From Eledone cirrhosa (lineage: Eukaryota), in assembly GCA_964016885.1 (NCBI GenBank), contig OZ024743.1, positions 139,686,001-139,750,000 on the forward strand: a stretch of DNA of 64,000 nt. Reading direction: 5' to 3'. The notes under the pieces were generated by a model that was given only the letters and a program-made list of their open reading frames with translations, had not been told where the DNA came from and searched no databases. The translations under genes were made by a program, and so were the position numbers. Every line of letters begins with the position of its first letter. Positions within the stretch are counted from its first letter, which is position 1. Of this stretch, positions 28,620 to 43,600 are shown one piece after another.

Positions 28620-31600
28620 AAACACCAAGCACCAAACACCAAGCACCAAACACCAAGCACCAAACACCAAGCACCAAATACCAAACACCAAGCACCAAGC
28701 ACCAAGCACCAAACACCAAGTACCAAACACCAAGCACCAAACACCAAGTCCCACGCACCAAGCAGCAAACACCAAGCACCAAGCCCCAAGCACCAAACAC
28801 CAAGCACCAAGCACCAAGCCCCTAGCACCAAACACCAAACCCCAAGCACCAAGCACGCATCACCAAACACCAAGCACCAAGCACCAAGCACCAAAAACCA
28901 AACACCAAACACCGAGCACCAAGAACCAAATACCAAACACCAAACAGCAAACATAAGCACCAAGCACGAAACACCAGGCACCAAGCACCAAGTACCAAAC
29001 ACCAAACACCAAGCACCAAACACCAGCCACCAAGCACCAAGCACCAAACACCAAACACCAAGCACTAAGTACCAAACACCAAACAGCAAGCACCAGGCAC
29101 CAAGCACCAAACACCAAACACCAAGCACGCAGCACCAAACACCAAGCACCAAGCACCAAGCACCAAACACCAAGCACCAAGCACCAAGCACCAAACACCA
29201 AACACCAAGCACCAAGCACCAAGAATCAAACACCAAACACCAAACAGCAAGCACCAAGCACCAAACACCAAGCACCAAACACCAAACACCAAGCACTAAG
29301 CACCAAACACCAAACAACAAGCACCAGGCACCAAGCACGCAGCACCAAACACCAAGCACCAAGCACCAAGCACCAAACACCAAGCACCAAGCACCAAGCA
29401 CCAAACACCAAACACCAAACACCAAGCACCAAGAACCAAACACCAAACACCAAACAGCAGGCACCAAGCACCAAACACCAAGCACCAATCACCAAACACT
29501 AATCACCAAGCACCAAGCCCCAAACACCAAGCACCAAGCAGCAAGCACCAAACACCAAGCACCAAGCACCAAACACCAAGCACCAAACACCAAGCACCAA
29601 GCACCAAACACCAAACCCCAAGCACCAAAGACCAAGCACCAAGCACCAAGGACCAAACACCAAGCACCAAGCACCAAACACCAAGCACCAAGCACCAAAC
29701 ACCCAGCACCAAGCTCCAAGCACCAAACACCAAGCACCAAGCACCAAACACCAAACACCAAACACCAAACACCAAGCACCAAACACCAAGCACCAAACAC
29801 AAAGTCCCACGCACCAAGCACCAAACACCAAACACCAAGCACCAAGCACCAAACACCAAGCACCAAGCACCAAGCCCCTAGCACCAAACACCAAACACCA
29901 AGCAAAAAGCACAAAACACCAAGCACCAATCACCAAGCTCCAAACACCAAGCAGCAAGCAGCAAGCACCAAACACGAACGACCAAGCAACAAGCACCAAA
30001 TAGCAAACACCAAGCACCAAGGACCAAACATCAAACACCAAGCACCAAGCACCAAACGCCTAACACCAAGCACCAAGCACCAAGCACCAAGCACCAAACA
30101 CCAAGCACCAATCACCAAACACCAAGCACCAAGCACCAAATACCAAGCACCAGGCACCAAGCAGCAAACACCAAGCACCAAGCACCAAACACCAAGCACC
30201 AAACACAAAGCACCAAACACCAAACACCAAACCCCAAGCACCAAACACCAAACCTCAAGCACCAAGCACAAAACACTAATCACCAAGCACCAAGCACCAA
30301 ACAACAAGCACCAAGCACCAAGCACCAGGCACCAAGCACCAAGCACCAAACACTAATCACCAAGCACCAACCACCAAGCCCCAAACACCAAGCACCAAGC
30401 ACCAAGCACAAAACACCAAGCACCAAGCACCAAACACCAAACACCAAGCACCAAAGACCAAGCACGAAGCACCAAGCACCAAGCACCAAACAATAAGCAT
30501 CAAGCACCAAGCACCAAACACCAAGCACCAAGCACCATGCACCAAGCACCAAGCACTAAGCACCAAACACCAAGCACCAAGCACCATGCACCTAGCACCA
30601 AACACCAAACACCAAGCACCAAGCACCAAACACCAAGCACCAATCACCAAGCACCAAACACCAAGCAGCAAGCACCAAACACCAAGCACCAAACACCAAG
30701 CACCAAGCACCAAGCACCAAACACCAAGCACCAGGCACCAAGCACCAAACACCAAGCACCATGCACCAAGCACCAAGCCCCAAACACTTAACACCAAGCA
30801 CCAAGCACCAAGCACCAAACACCAATCACCAAAAACCAAACACCAAGCACCAAGTACCAAACACCAAGCACCAAGCACCAAACACCAAGCACCAAGCACC
30901 AATCACCAAACACCAAGGACCAAGCACCAAACACCAAGCACCAAGGACCAAACATCAAACACCAAGCACCAAGCACCAAACACCTAACACCAAGCACCAA
31001 GCACCAAGCACCGAACACCAAGCACATAACACCAAGCACCCAACACCAAGCACCAAGCACCAAACACCAAGCACCAAACACCAAGCACCAAGCACCAAGC
31101 ACCAAACACCAAGCACCAGGCACCAAGCACCAAACACCAAGCACCATGCACCAAGCACCAAGCCCCAAACACTTAACACCAAGCACCAAGCACCAAGCAC
31201 CAAACACCAATCACCAAAAACCAAACACCAAGCACCAAGTACCAAACACCAAGCACCAAGCACCAAACACCAAGCACCAAACACCAAGCACCAAACACCA
31301 AGCACCAAACACCAAGCACCAAACACCAAACACCAAGCACCAAGCACCAAGCACCAAACACCAAGTACCAAACACCAAGCACCAAACACCAAGTCCCACG
31401 CACCAAGCAGCAAACACCAAGCACCAAGCCCCAAGCACCAAACACCAAGCACCAAGCACCAAGCCCCTAGCACCAAACACCAAACCCCAAGCACCAAGCA
31501 CGCATCACCAAACACCAAGCACCAAGCACCAAGCACCAAAAACCAAACACCAAACACCGAGCACCAAGAACCAAACACCAAACACAAAACAGCAAACACC

Positions 31601-34020
31601 AATCACCAAGCACGAAACACCAGGCACCAAGCACCAAGTACCAAACACCAAACACCAAGCACCAAACACCAGCCACCAAGCACCAAGCACCAAACACCAA
31701 ACACCAAGCACTAAGCACCAAACACCAAACAGCAAGCACCAGGCACCAAGCACCAAACACCAAACACCAAGCACGCAGCACCAAACACCAAGCACCAAGC
31801 ACCAAGCACCAAACACCAAGCACCAAGCACCAAGCACCAAACACCAAACACCAAGCACCAAGCACCAAGAATCAAACACCAAGCACCAAACAGCAAGCAC
31901 CAAGCACCAAACACCAAGCACCAAACACCAAACACCAAGCACTAAGCACCAAACACCAAACAACAAGCACCAGGCACCAAGCACCAAACACCAAACACCA
32001 AGCACGCAGCACCAAACACCAAGCACCAAGCACCAAGCACCAAACACCAAGCACCAAGCACCAAGCACCAAACACCAAACACCAAACACCAAGCACCAAG
32101 AACCAAACACCAAACACCAAACAGCAGGCACCAAGCACCAAACACCAAGCACCAATCACCAAACACTAATCACCAAGCACCAAGCCCCAAACACCAAGCA
32201 CCAAGCAGCAAGCACCAAACACCAAGCACCAAGCACCAAACACCAAGCACCAAACACCAAGCACCAAGCACCAAACACCAAACCCCAAGCACCAAAGACC
32301 AAGCACCAAGCACCAAGGACCAAACACCAAGCACCAAGCACCAAACACCAAGCACCAAGCACCAAACACCCAGCACCAAGCTCCAAGCACCAAACACCAA
32401 GCACCAAGCACCAAACACCAAACACCAAACACCAAGCATCAAGCACCAAACAGCAAGCACCAAACACCAAGCACCAAACACCAAGCACCAAACACAAAGT
32501 CCCACGCACCAAGCACCAAACACCAAACACCAAGCACCAAGCACCAAACACCAAGCACCAAGCACCAAGCCCCTAGCACCAAACACCAAACACCAAGCAA
32601 AAAGCACAAAACACCAAGCACCAATCACCAAGCTCCAAACACCAAGCAGCAAGCAGCAAGCACCAAACACGAACGACCAAGCAACAAGCACCAAATACCA
32701 AACACCAAGCACCAAGGACAAAACATCAAACACCAAGCACCAAGAACCAAACGCCTAACACCAAGCACCAAGCACCAAGCACCAAGCACCAAACACCAAG
32801 CACCAATCACCAAACACCAAGAACCAAGCACCAAATACCAAGCACCAGGCACCAAGCAGCAAACACCAAGCACCAAGCACCAAACACCAAGCACCAAACA
32901 CAAAACACCAAGCACCAAACACCAAACCCCAAGCACCAAACACCAAACCTCAAGCACCAAGCACAAAACACTAATCACCAAGCACCAAGCACCAAACAAC
33001 AAGCACCAAGCACCAAGCACCAGGCACCAAGCACCAAGCACCAAACACTAATCACCAAGCACCAACCACCAAGCACCAAACACCAAGCACCAAGCACCAA
33101 GCACAAAACACCAAGCACCAAGCACCAAACACCAAACACCAAGCACCAAAGACCAAGCACGAAGCACCAAGCACCAAGCACCAAACAATAAGCACCAAGC
33201 ACCAAGCACCAAACACCAAGCACCAAGCACCATGCACCAAGCACCAAGCACTAAGCACCAAACACCAAGCCCCAAGCACCAAGCACCAAACACCAAACAC
33301 CAAGCACCAAGCACCAAACACCAAGCACTAAGCACCATGCACCTAGCACCAAACACCAAACACCAAGCACCAAGCACCAAACACCAAGCACCAATCACCA
33401 AGCACCAAACACCAAGCAGCAAGCACCAAACACCAAGCACCAAACACCAAGCACCAAGCACCAAGCACCAAACACCAAGCACCAGGCACCAAGCACCAAA
33501 CACCAAGCACCATGCACCAAGCACCAAGCCCCAAACACTTAACACCAAGCACCAAGCACCAAGCACCAAACACCAATCACCAAAAACCAAACACCAAGCA
33601 CCAAGTACCAAACACCAAGCACCAAGCACCAAACACCAAGCACCAAGCACCAATCACCAAACACCAAGAACCAAGCACCAAACACCAAGCACCAAGGACC
33701 AAACATCAAACACCAAGCACCAAGCACCAAACACCTAACACCAAGCACCAAGCACCAAGCACCGAACACCAAGCACATAACACCAAGCACCCAACACCAA
33801 GCACCAAGCACCAAACACCAAGCACCAAACACCAAGCACCAAGCACCAAGCACCAAACACCAAGCACCAGGCACCAAGCACCAAACACCAAGCACCATGC
33901 ACCAAGCACCAAGCCCCAAACACTTAACACCAAGCACCAAGCACCAAGCACCAAACACCAATCACCAAAAACCAAACACCAAGCACCAAGTACCAAACAC
34001 CAAGCACCAAGCACCAAACA
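28620..34020 (+). repeat. About 2.7-kb tandem HOR pair spanning the left/right domain transition
   Basis: ORF pairs 29065/31711 (2646), 29489/32156 (2667), 29930/32625 and 30280/32975 (2695), 30788/33539 (2751). Confidence 0.85.
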
Positions 34021-37000
34021 CCAAGCACCAAGCACCAATCACCAAACACCAAGAACCAAGCACCATACACCAAGCACCAAGCACCAAGCACCAGGCACCA
34101 AGCACCAAGCACCAAACACAAAACACCAAGCACCAAGCACCAAGCAGCAAACACCAAGCATCAAACACCAAACACCAAACACCAAGCACCAAACACCAAG
34201 CACCAAGCACCAAACACCAAACACCAAGCACCAAGCACCAAGCACCAAACAACAAACACCAAGCACCAAACACCAGATATCAAGCACAAAGCACCAAACA
34301 CCAAACACCAAGCACCAAGCACCAAACACCAAACAACAAGCACCAGGCACCAAGCACCAAACACCAAACACCAAGCACCAAGCACCAAACACCAAACACC
34401 AAGCACGCAGCATCAAACACCAAGCACCAAGCACCAAGCACCAAACACCAAGCACCAAGCACCAAACACCAAGCACCAAACACAAAGCACCAAGCACCAA
34501 ACACCAAGCACCAAGCACCAAACACCAAGCACCAAGCACCAAACACCAAACCACTAGCACCTAACACCAAACCCCAAGCACCAAGCACCAAAGACCAAGC
34601 ACGAAGCACCAAGCACCAAGCACCAAACAATAAGCACCAAGCACCAAGCACCAAACACCAAGCACCAAGCACCAAACACCAACCACCCAGCACCAAGCAC
34701 CAAGCACCAAACACCAGGCACCAAACACTAAACACCAAACACCAAGCACCAAGCACCAAGCACCAAACACCAAGCACCAAGCACTAAGCACCAAACACCA
34801 AGCCCCAAGCACCAAGCACCAAACACCAAACACCAAGCACCAAGCACCAAACACCAAGCAGCAAGCAGCAAGCACCAAACACCAAACACCAAGCACCAAG
34901 CACCAAACACCAAGCACCAAGCACCAAACACCAAGCACCAAGAACCAAGCACAAAACACCAAGCACCAAGCACCAAACACCAAACACCAAGCACCAAAGA
35001 CCAAGCACGAAGCACCAAGCACCAAGCACCAAACAATAAGCACCAAGCACCAAGCACCAAACACCAAGCACCAAGCACCAAACACCAACCACCCAGCACC
35101 AAGCACCAAGCACCAAACACCAGGCACCAAACACTAAACACCAAACACCAAGCACCAAGCACCAAGCACCAAACACCAAGCACCAAGCACTAAGCACCAA
35201 ACACCAAGCCCCAAGCACCAAGCACCAAACACCAAACACCAAGCACCAAGCACCAAACACCAAGCAGCAAGCAGCAAGCACCAAACACCAAACACCAAGC
35301 ACCAAGCACCAAACACCAAGCACCAAGCACCAAACACCAAACACCAAGCACCAAAGACCAAGTACGAAGCACCAAGCACCAAGCACCAAATAATAAGCAC
35401 CAAGCACCAAGCACCAAACACCAAGCACCAAACACCAAGCCCCAAGCACCAAGCACCAAACACCAAACACCAAGCACCAAGCACCAAACACCAAGCACCA
35501 AGCACCATGCACCTAGCACCAAACACCAAACACCAAGCACCAAGCACCAAACACCAAGCACCAATCACCAAGCACCAAACACCAAGCAGCAAGCAGCAAG
35601 CACCAAACACCAAACACCAAGCACCAAGCACCAAACACCAAGCACCAAGGACCAAACATCAAACACCAAGCACCAAGCACCAAAAACCTAACACCAAGCA
35701 CCAAGCACCAAGCACCAAGCACCGAACACCAAGCACATAACACCAAGCACCAAACACCAAGCACCAAGCACCAAACACCAAGCACCAAACACCAAGCACC
35801 AAGCACCAAACAACAACCACCCAGCACCAAGCACCAAGCACCAAACACCAGGCACCAAACACTAAACACCAAACACCAAGCACCAAGCACCAAGCACCAA
35901 ACACCAAGCACCAAGCACTAAGCACCAAACACCAAGCCCCAAGCACCAAGCACCAAACACCAAACACCAAGCACCAAGCACCAAACACCAAGCACCAAGC
36001 ACCATGCACCTAGCACCAAACACCAAACACCAAGCACCAAGCACCAAACACCAAGCACCAATCACCAAGCACCAAACACCAAGCAGCAAGCAGCAAGCAC
36101 CAAACACCAAACACCAAGCACCAAGCACCAAACACCAAGCACCAAGGACCAAACATCAAACACCAAGCACCAAGCACCAAACACCTAACACCAAGCACCA
36201 AGCACCAAGCACAAAGCACCGAACACCAAGCACATAACACCAAGCACCAAACACCAAGCACCAACCACCAAACACCAAGCACCAAGCACCAAATACCAAG
36301 CACCAGGCACCAAGCAGCAAACACCAAGCACCAAGCACCAAACACCAAGCACCAAACACAAAGCACCAAGCACCAAACACCAAACCCCAAGCACCAAACA
36401 CCAAACCTCAAGCACCAAGCACAAAACACTAATCACCAAGCACCAAGCACCAAACAACAAGCACCAAGCACCAAGCACCAGGCACCAAGCACCAAGCACC
36501 AAACACTAATCACCAAGCACCAACCACCAAGCACCAAACACCAAGCACCAAGCACCAAGCACAAAACACCAAGCACCAAGCAACAAACACCAAACACCAA
36601 GCACCAAAGACCAAGCACGAAGCACCAAGCACCAAGCACCAAACAATAAGCACCAAGCACCAAGCACCAAACACCAAGCACCAAGCACCATGCACCAAGC
36701 ACCAAGCACTAAGCACCAAACACCAAGCCCCAAGCACCAAGCACCAAACACCAAACACCAAGCACCAAGCACCAAACACCAAGCACCAAGCACCATGCAC
36801 CTAGCACCAAACACCAAACACCAAGCACCAAGCACCAAACAGCAAGCACCAATCACCAAGCACCAAACACCAAGCAGCAAGAACCAAACACCAAGCACCA
36901 AACACCAAGCACCAAGCACCAAGCACCAAACACCAAACACCAGGCACCAAGCACCAAACACCAAGCACCATGCACCAAGCACCAAGCCCCAAACACTTAA

Positions 37001-37660
37001 CACCAAGCACCAAGCACCAAGCACCAAACACCAATCACCAAAAACCAAACACCAAGCACCAAGTACCAAACACCAAGCACCAAGCACCAAACACCAAGCA
37101 CCAAGCACCAATCACCAAACACCAAGAACCAAGCACCAAACACCAAGCACCAAGGACCAAACATCAAACACCAAGCACCAAGCACCAAACACCTAACACC
37201 AAGCACCAAGCACCAAGCACCGAACACCAAGCACATAACACCAAGCACCCAACACCAAGCACCAAGCACCAAACACCAAGCACCAAACACCAAGCACCAA
37301 GCACCAAGCACCAAACACCAAGCACCAGGCACCAAGCACCAAACACCAAGCACCATGCACCAAGCACCAAGCCCCAAACACTTAACACCAAGCACCAAGC
37401 ACCAAGCACCAAACACCAATCACCAAAAACCAAACACCAAGCACCAAGTACCAAATACCAAGCACCAAGCACCAAACACCAAGCACCAAGCACCAATCAC
37501 CAAACACCAAGAACCAAGCACCATACACCAAGCACCAAGCACCAAGCACCAGGCACCAAGCACCAAGCACCAAACACAAAACACCAAGCACCAAGCACCA
37601 AGCAGCAAACACCAAGCATCAAACACCAAACACCAAACACCAAGCACCAAGCACCAAACA
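32830..37660 (+). repeat. 3458-bp (494-monomer) offset direct repeat
   Basis: ORF pairs 32975/36433, 33048/36506, 33232/36690, 33539/36997 and 33897/37355. Confidence 0.85.
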
Positions 37661-40600
37661 CCAAACACCAAGCACCAAGCACCAAGCACCAAACAACAAA
37701 CACCAAGCACCAAACACCAGATATCAAGCACCAAGCACCAAACACCAAACACCAAGCACCAAGCACCAAACACCAAACAACAAGCACCAGGCACCAAGCA
37801 CCAAACACCAAACACCAAGCACCAAGCACCAAACAGCAAACACCAAGCACGCAGCATCAAACACCAAGCACCAAGCACCAAGCACCAAACACCAAGCACC
37901 AAGCACCAAACACCAAGCACCAAATACAAAGCACCAAGCACCAAACACCAAGCACCAAGCACCAAACACCAAGCACCAAGCACCAAACACCAAACCACTA
38001 GCACCTAACACCAAACCCCAAGCACCAAGCACCAAACACTAATCACCAAGCACCAAGCACCAAACAACAAGCACCAAGCACCAAGCACCAGGCACCAAGC
38101 ACCAAGCACCAAACACTAATCACCAAGCACCAAGCACCAAGCACCAAACACCAAGCACCAAGCACCAAGCACAAAACACCAAGCACCAAGCACCAAACAC
38201 CAAACACCAAGCACCAAAGACCAAGCACGAAGCACCAAGCACCAAGCACCAAACAATAAGCACCAAGCACCAAGCACCAAACACCAAGCACCAAGCACCA
38301 AACACCAACCACCCAGCACCAAGCACCAAGCACCAAACACCAGGCACCAAACACTAAACACCAAACACCAAGCACCAAGCACCAAGCACCAAACACCAAG
38401 CACCAAGCACTAAGCACCAAACACCAAGCCGCAAGCACCAAGCACCAAACACCAAACACCAAGCACCAAGCACCAAACACCAAGCAGCAAGCAGCAAGCA
38501 CCAAACACCGAACACCAAGCACCAAGCACCAAACACCAAGCACCAAGCACCAAACACCAAACACCAAGCACCAAAGACCAAGCACGAAGCACCAAGCACC
38601 AAGCACCAAACAATAAGCACCAAGCACCAAGCACCAAACACCAAGCACCAAACACCAAGCCCCAAGCACCAAGCACCAAACACCAAACACCAAGCACCAA
38701 GCACCAAACACCAAGCACCAAGCACCATGCACCTAGCACCAAACACCAAACACCAAGCACCAAGCACCAAACACCAAGCACCAATCACCAAGCACCAAAC
38801 ACCAAGCAGCAAGCAGCAAGCACCAAACACCAAACACCAAGCACCAAGCACCAAACACCAAGCACCAAGGACCAAACATCAAACACCAAGCACCAAGCAC
38901 CAAAAACCTAACACCAAGCACCAAGCACCAAGCACCAAGCACCGAACACCAAGCACATAACACCAAGCACCAAACACCAAGCACCAAGCACCAAACACCA
39001 AGCACCAAACACCAAGCACCAAGCACCAAGCACCAAACACCACGCACCAGGCACCAAGCACCAAACACCAAGCACCATGCACCAAGCACCAAGCCCCAAA
39101 CACTTAACACCAAGCACCAAGCACCAAGCACCAAACACCAATCACCAAAAACCAAACACCAAGCACCAAGTACCAAACACCAAGCACCAAGCACCAAACA
39201 CCAAGCACCAAGCACCAATCACCAAACACCAAGAACCAAGCACCATACACCAAGCACCAAGCACCAAGGACCAGGCACCAAGCACCAAGCAGCAAACACC
39301 AAGCATCAAACACCAAACACCAAACACCAAGCACCAAACACCAAGCACCAAGCACCAAACACCAAACACCAAGCACCAAGCACCAAGCACCAAACAACAA
39401 ACACCAAGCACCAAACACCAGATATCAAGCACCAAGCACCAAACACCAAACACCAAGCACCAAGCACCAAACACCAAACAACAAGCACCAGGCACCAAGC
39501 ACCAAACACCAAACACCAAGCACCAAGCACCAAACACCAAGCACCAAGGACCAAACATCAAACACCAAGCACCAAGCACCAAACACCTAACACCAAGCAC
39601 CAAGCACCAAGCACCGAACACCAAGCACATAACACCAAGCACCAAACACCAAGCACCAAGCACCAAACACCAAGCACCAAACAACAAGCACCAAGCACCA
39701 AGCACCAAACACCAAGCACCAGGCACCAAGCACCAAACACCAAGCACCATGCACCAAGCACCAAGCCCCAAACACTTAACACCAAGCACCAAGCACCAAG
39801 CACCAAACACCAATCACCAAAAACCAAACACCAAGCACCAAGCACCAAACACAAAACACCAAGCACCAAGCACCAAGCATCAAACACCAAGCATCAAACA
39901 CCAAACACCAAACACCAAGCACCAAACACCAAGCACCAAGCACCAAACACCAAACACTAAGCACCAAGCACCAAGCACCAAACAACAAACACCAAGCACC
40001 AAACACCAGATATCAAGCACCAAGCACCAAACACCAAACACCAAGCACCAAGCACCAAACACCAAACAACAAGCACCAGGCACCAAACACCAAACACCAA
40101 ACACCAAGCACCAAGCACCAAACACCAAACACCAAGCACGCAGCATCAAACACCAAGCACCAAGCACCAAGCACCAAACACCAAGCACCAAGCACCAACA
40201 CCAAGCACCAAACACAGAGCACCAAGCACCAAACACCAAGCACCAAGCACCAAACACCAAGCACCAAGCACCAAACACCAAACCACAAGCACCAAACACC
40301 AAACCCCAAGCACCAAGCACCAAACACTAATCACCAAGCACCAAGCACCAAACAACAAGCACCAAGCACCAAGCACCAGGCACCAAGCACCAAGCACCAA
40401 ACACTAATCACCAAGCACCATGCACCAAGCACCAAACACCAAGCACCAAGCACCAAGCACAAAACACCAAGCACCAAGCACCAAACACCGAACACCAAGC
40501 ACCAATGACCAAGCACGAAGCACCACGCACCAAGCACCAAACAATAAGCACCAAGCACCAAGCACCAAACACCAAGCACCAAACACCAAGCCCCAAGCAC

Positions 40601-43600
40601 CAAGCACCAAACACCAAACACCAAGCACCAAGCACCAAACACCAAGCACCAAGCACCATGCACCTAGCACCAAACACCAAACACCAAGCACCAAGCACCA
40701 AACACCAAGCACCAATCACCAAGCACCAAATACCAAGCAGCAAGCAGCAAGCACCAAACACCAAACACCAAGCACCAAGCACCAAACACCAAGCACCAAG
40801 GACCAAACATCAAACACCAAGCACCAAGTACCAAACACCTAACACCAAGCACCAAGCACCAAGCACCAAGCACCGAACACCAAGCACATAACACCAAGCA
40901 CCAAACACCAAGCACCAAGCACCAAACACCAAGCACCAAACACCAAGCACCAAGCACCAAACACCAACCACCCAGCACCAAGCACCAAGCACCAAACACC
41001 AGGCACCAAACACTAAACACCAAACACCAAGCACCAAGCACCAAGCACCAAACACCAAGCACCAAGCACTAAGCACCAAACACCAAGCTCCAAGCACCAA
41101 GCACCAAACACCAAACACCAAGCACCAAGCACCAAACACCAAGCACCAAGCACCATGCACCTAGCACCAAACACCAAACACCAAGCACCAAGCACCAAAC
41201 ACCAAGCACCAATCACCAAGCACCAAACACCAAGCAGCAAGCAGCAAGCACCAAACACCAAACACCAAGCACCAAGCACCAAACACCAAGCTCCAAGGAC
41301 CAAACATCAAACACCAAGCACCAAGCACCAAACACCTAACACCAAGCACCAAGCACCAAGCACCAAGCACCGAACACCAAGCACATAACACCAAGCACCA
41401 AACACCAAGCACCAAGCACCAAACACCAAGCACCAAACACCAAGCACCAAGCACCAAGCACCAAACACCAAGCACCAGGCACCAAGCACCAAACACCAAG
41501 CACCATGCACCAAGCACCAAGCCCCAAACACTTAACACCAAGCACCAAGCACCAAGCACCAAACACCAATCACCAAAAACCAAACACCAAGCACCAAGTA
41601 CCAAACACCAAGCACCAAGCACCAAACACCAAGCACCAAGCACCAATCACCAAACACCAAGAACCAAGCACCATACACCAAGCACCAAGCACCAAGGACA
41701 AGGCACCAAGCACCAAGCAGCAAACACCAAGCATCAAACACCAAACACCAAACACCAAGCACCAAACACCAAGCACCAAGCACCAAACACCAAACACCAG
41801 GCACCAAGCACCAAGAACCAAACAACAAACACCAAGCACCAAACACCAGATATCAAGCACCAAGCACCAAACACCAAACACCAAGCACCAAGCACCAAAC
41901 ACCAAACAACAAGCACCAGGCACCAAGCACCAAACACCAAACACCAAGCACCAAACACCAAGCACCAAGCACCAAACACCAAACCACAAGCACCAAACAC
42001 CAAACCCCAAGCACCAAACACCAAACACCAAACACCAAGCACGCAGCATCAAAGACCAAGCACCAAGCACCAAGCACCAAACACCAAGCACCAAGCACCA
42101 AATACCAAGCACCAAACACAAAGCACCAAGCACCAAACACCAAGCACCAAGCACCAAACACCAAGCACCAAGCACCAAACACCAAACCACAAGCACCAAA
42201 CACCAAACCCCAAGCACCAAGCACCAAACACTAATCACCAAGCACCAAGCACCAAACAACAAGCACCAAGCACCAAACACCAGGCACCAAGCACCAAGCA
42301 CCAAACACTAATCACCAAGCACCAAGCACCAAGCACCAAACACCATGCACCAAGCACCAAGCACCAAAAACCAAGAACCAAGCACCAAACACCAAACACC
42401 AAGATCCAAACACCAAGCACCAAGCACCAAGCACCAACCACCCAGCACCAAGCACCAAGCACCAAACACCAAGCACCAAACACCAAGCACCAAGCACCAA
42501 GCACCAAGCACCAAACACCAAGCACCAAGCACTAAGCACCAAACACCAAGCCCCAAGTACCAAGCACCAAACACCAAACACCCAGCACCAAGCACCAAGC
42601 ACCAAACACCAGGCACCAAACACTAAACACCAAACACCAAGCACCAAGCACCAAGCACCAAACACCAAGCACCAAGCACTAAGCACCAAACACCAAGCTC
42701 CAAGCACCAAGCACCAAACACCAAACACCAAGCACCAAGCACCAAACACCAAGCACCAAGCACCATGCACCTAGCACCAAACACCAAACACCAAGCACCA
42801 AAGACCAAGCACGAAGCACCAAGCACCAAGCACCAAACAATAAGCACCAAGCACCAAGCACCAAACACCAAGCACCAAACACCAAGCCCCAAGCACCAAG
42901 CACCAAACACCAAACACCAAGCACCAAGCACCAAACACCAAGCACCAAGCACCATGCACCTAGCACCAAACACCAAACACCAAGCACCAAGCACCAAACA
43001 CCAAGCACCAATCACCAAGCACCAAACACCAAGCAGCAAGCAGCAAGCACCAAACACCAAACACCAAGCACCAAGCACCAAACACCAAGCACCAAGGACC
43101 AAACATCAAACACCAAGCACCAAGCACCAAAAACCTAACACCAAGCACCAAGCACCAAGCACCAAGCACCGAACACCAAGCACATAACACCAAGCACCAA
43201 ACACCAAGCACCAAGCACCAAACACCAAGCACCAAACACCAAGCACCAAGCACCAAGCACCAAACACCACACACCAGGCACCAAGCACCAAACACCAAGC
43301 ACCATGCACCAAGCACCAAGCCCCAAACACTTAACACCAAGCACCAAGCACCAAGCACCAAACACCAATCACCAAAAACCAAACACCAAACACCAATCAC
43401 CAAAAACCAAACACCAAGCACCAAGTACCAAACACCAAGCACCAAGCACCAAACACCAAGCACCAAGCACCAATCACCAAACACCAAGAACCAAGCACCA
43501 AACACCAAGCACCAAGGACCAAACATCAAACACCAAGCACCAAGCACCAAACACCTAACACCAAGCACCAAGCACCAAGCACCGAACACCAAGCACATAA

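Noticed and set aside
31146-32576. Long plus-strand ORFs (for example 476 aa STKHQAP repeats; also 629..1756 and 39077..40330) resembling mucin or heptad-repeat proteins
   Set aside because: The + strand has almost no T, so stops are rare by composition. There is no signal peptide or non-repeat region, and indels and whole-monomer changes ignore codon phase.
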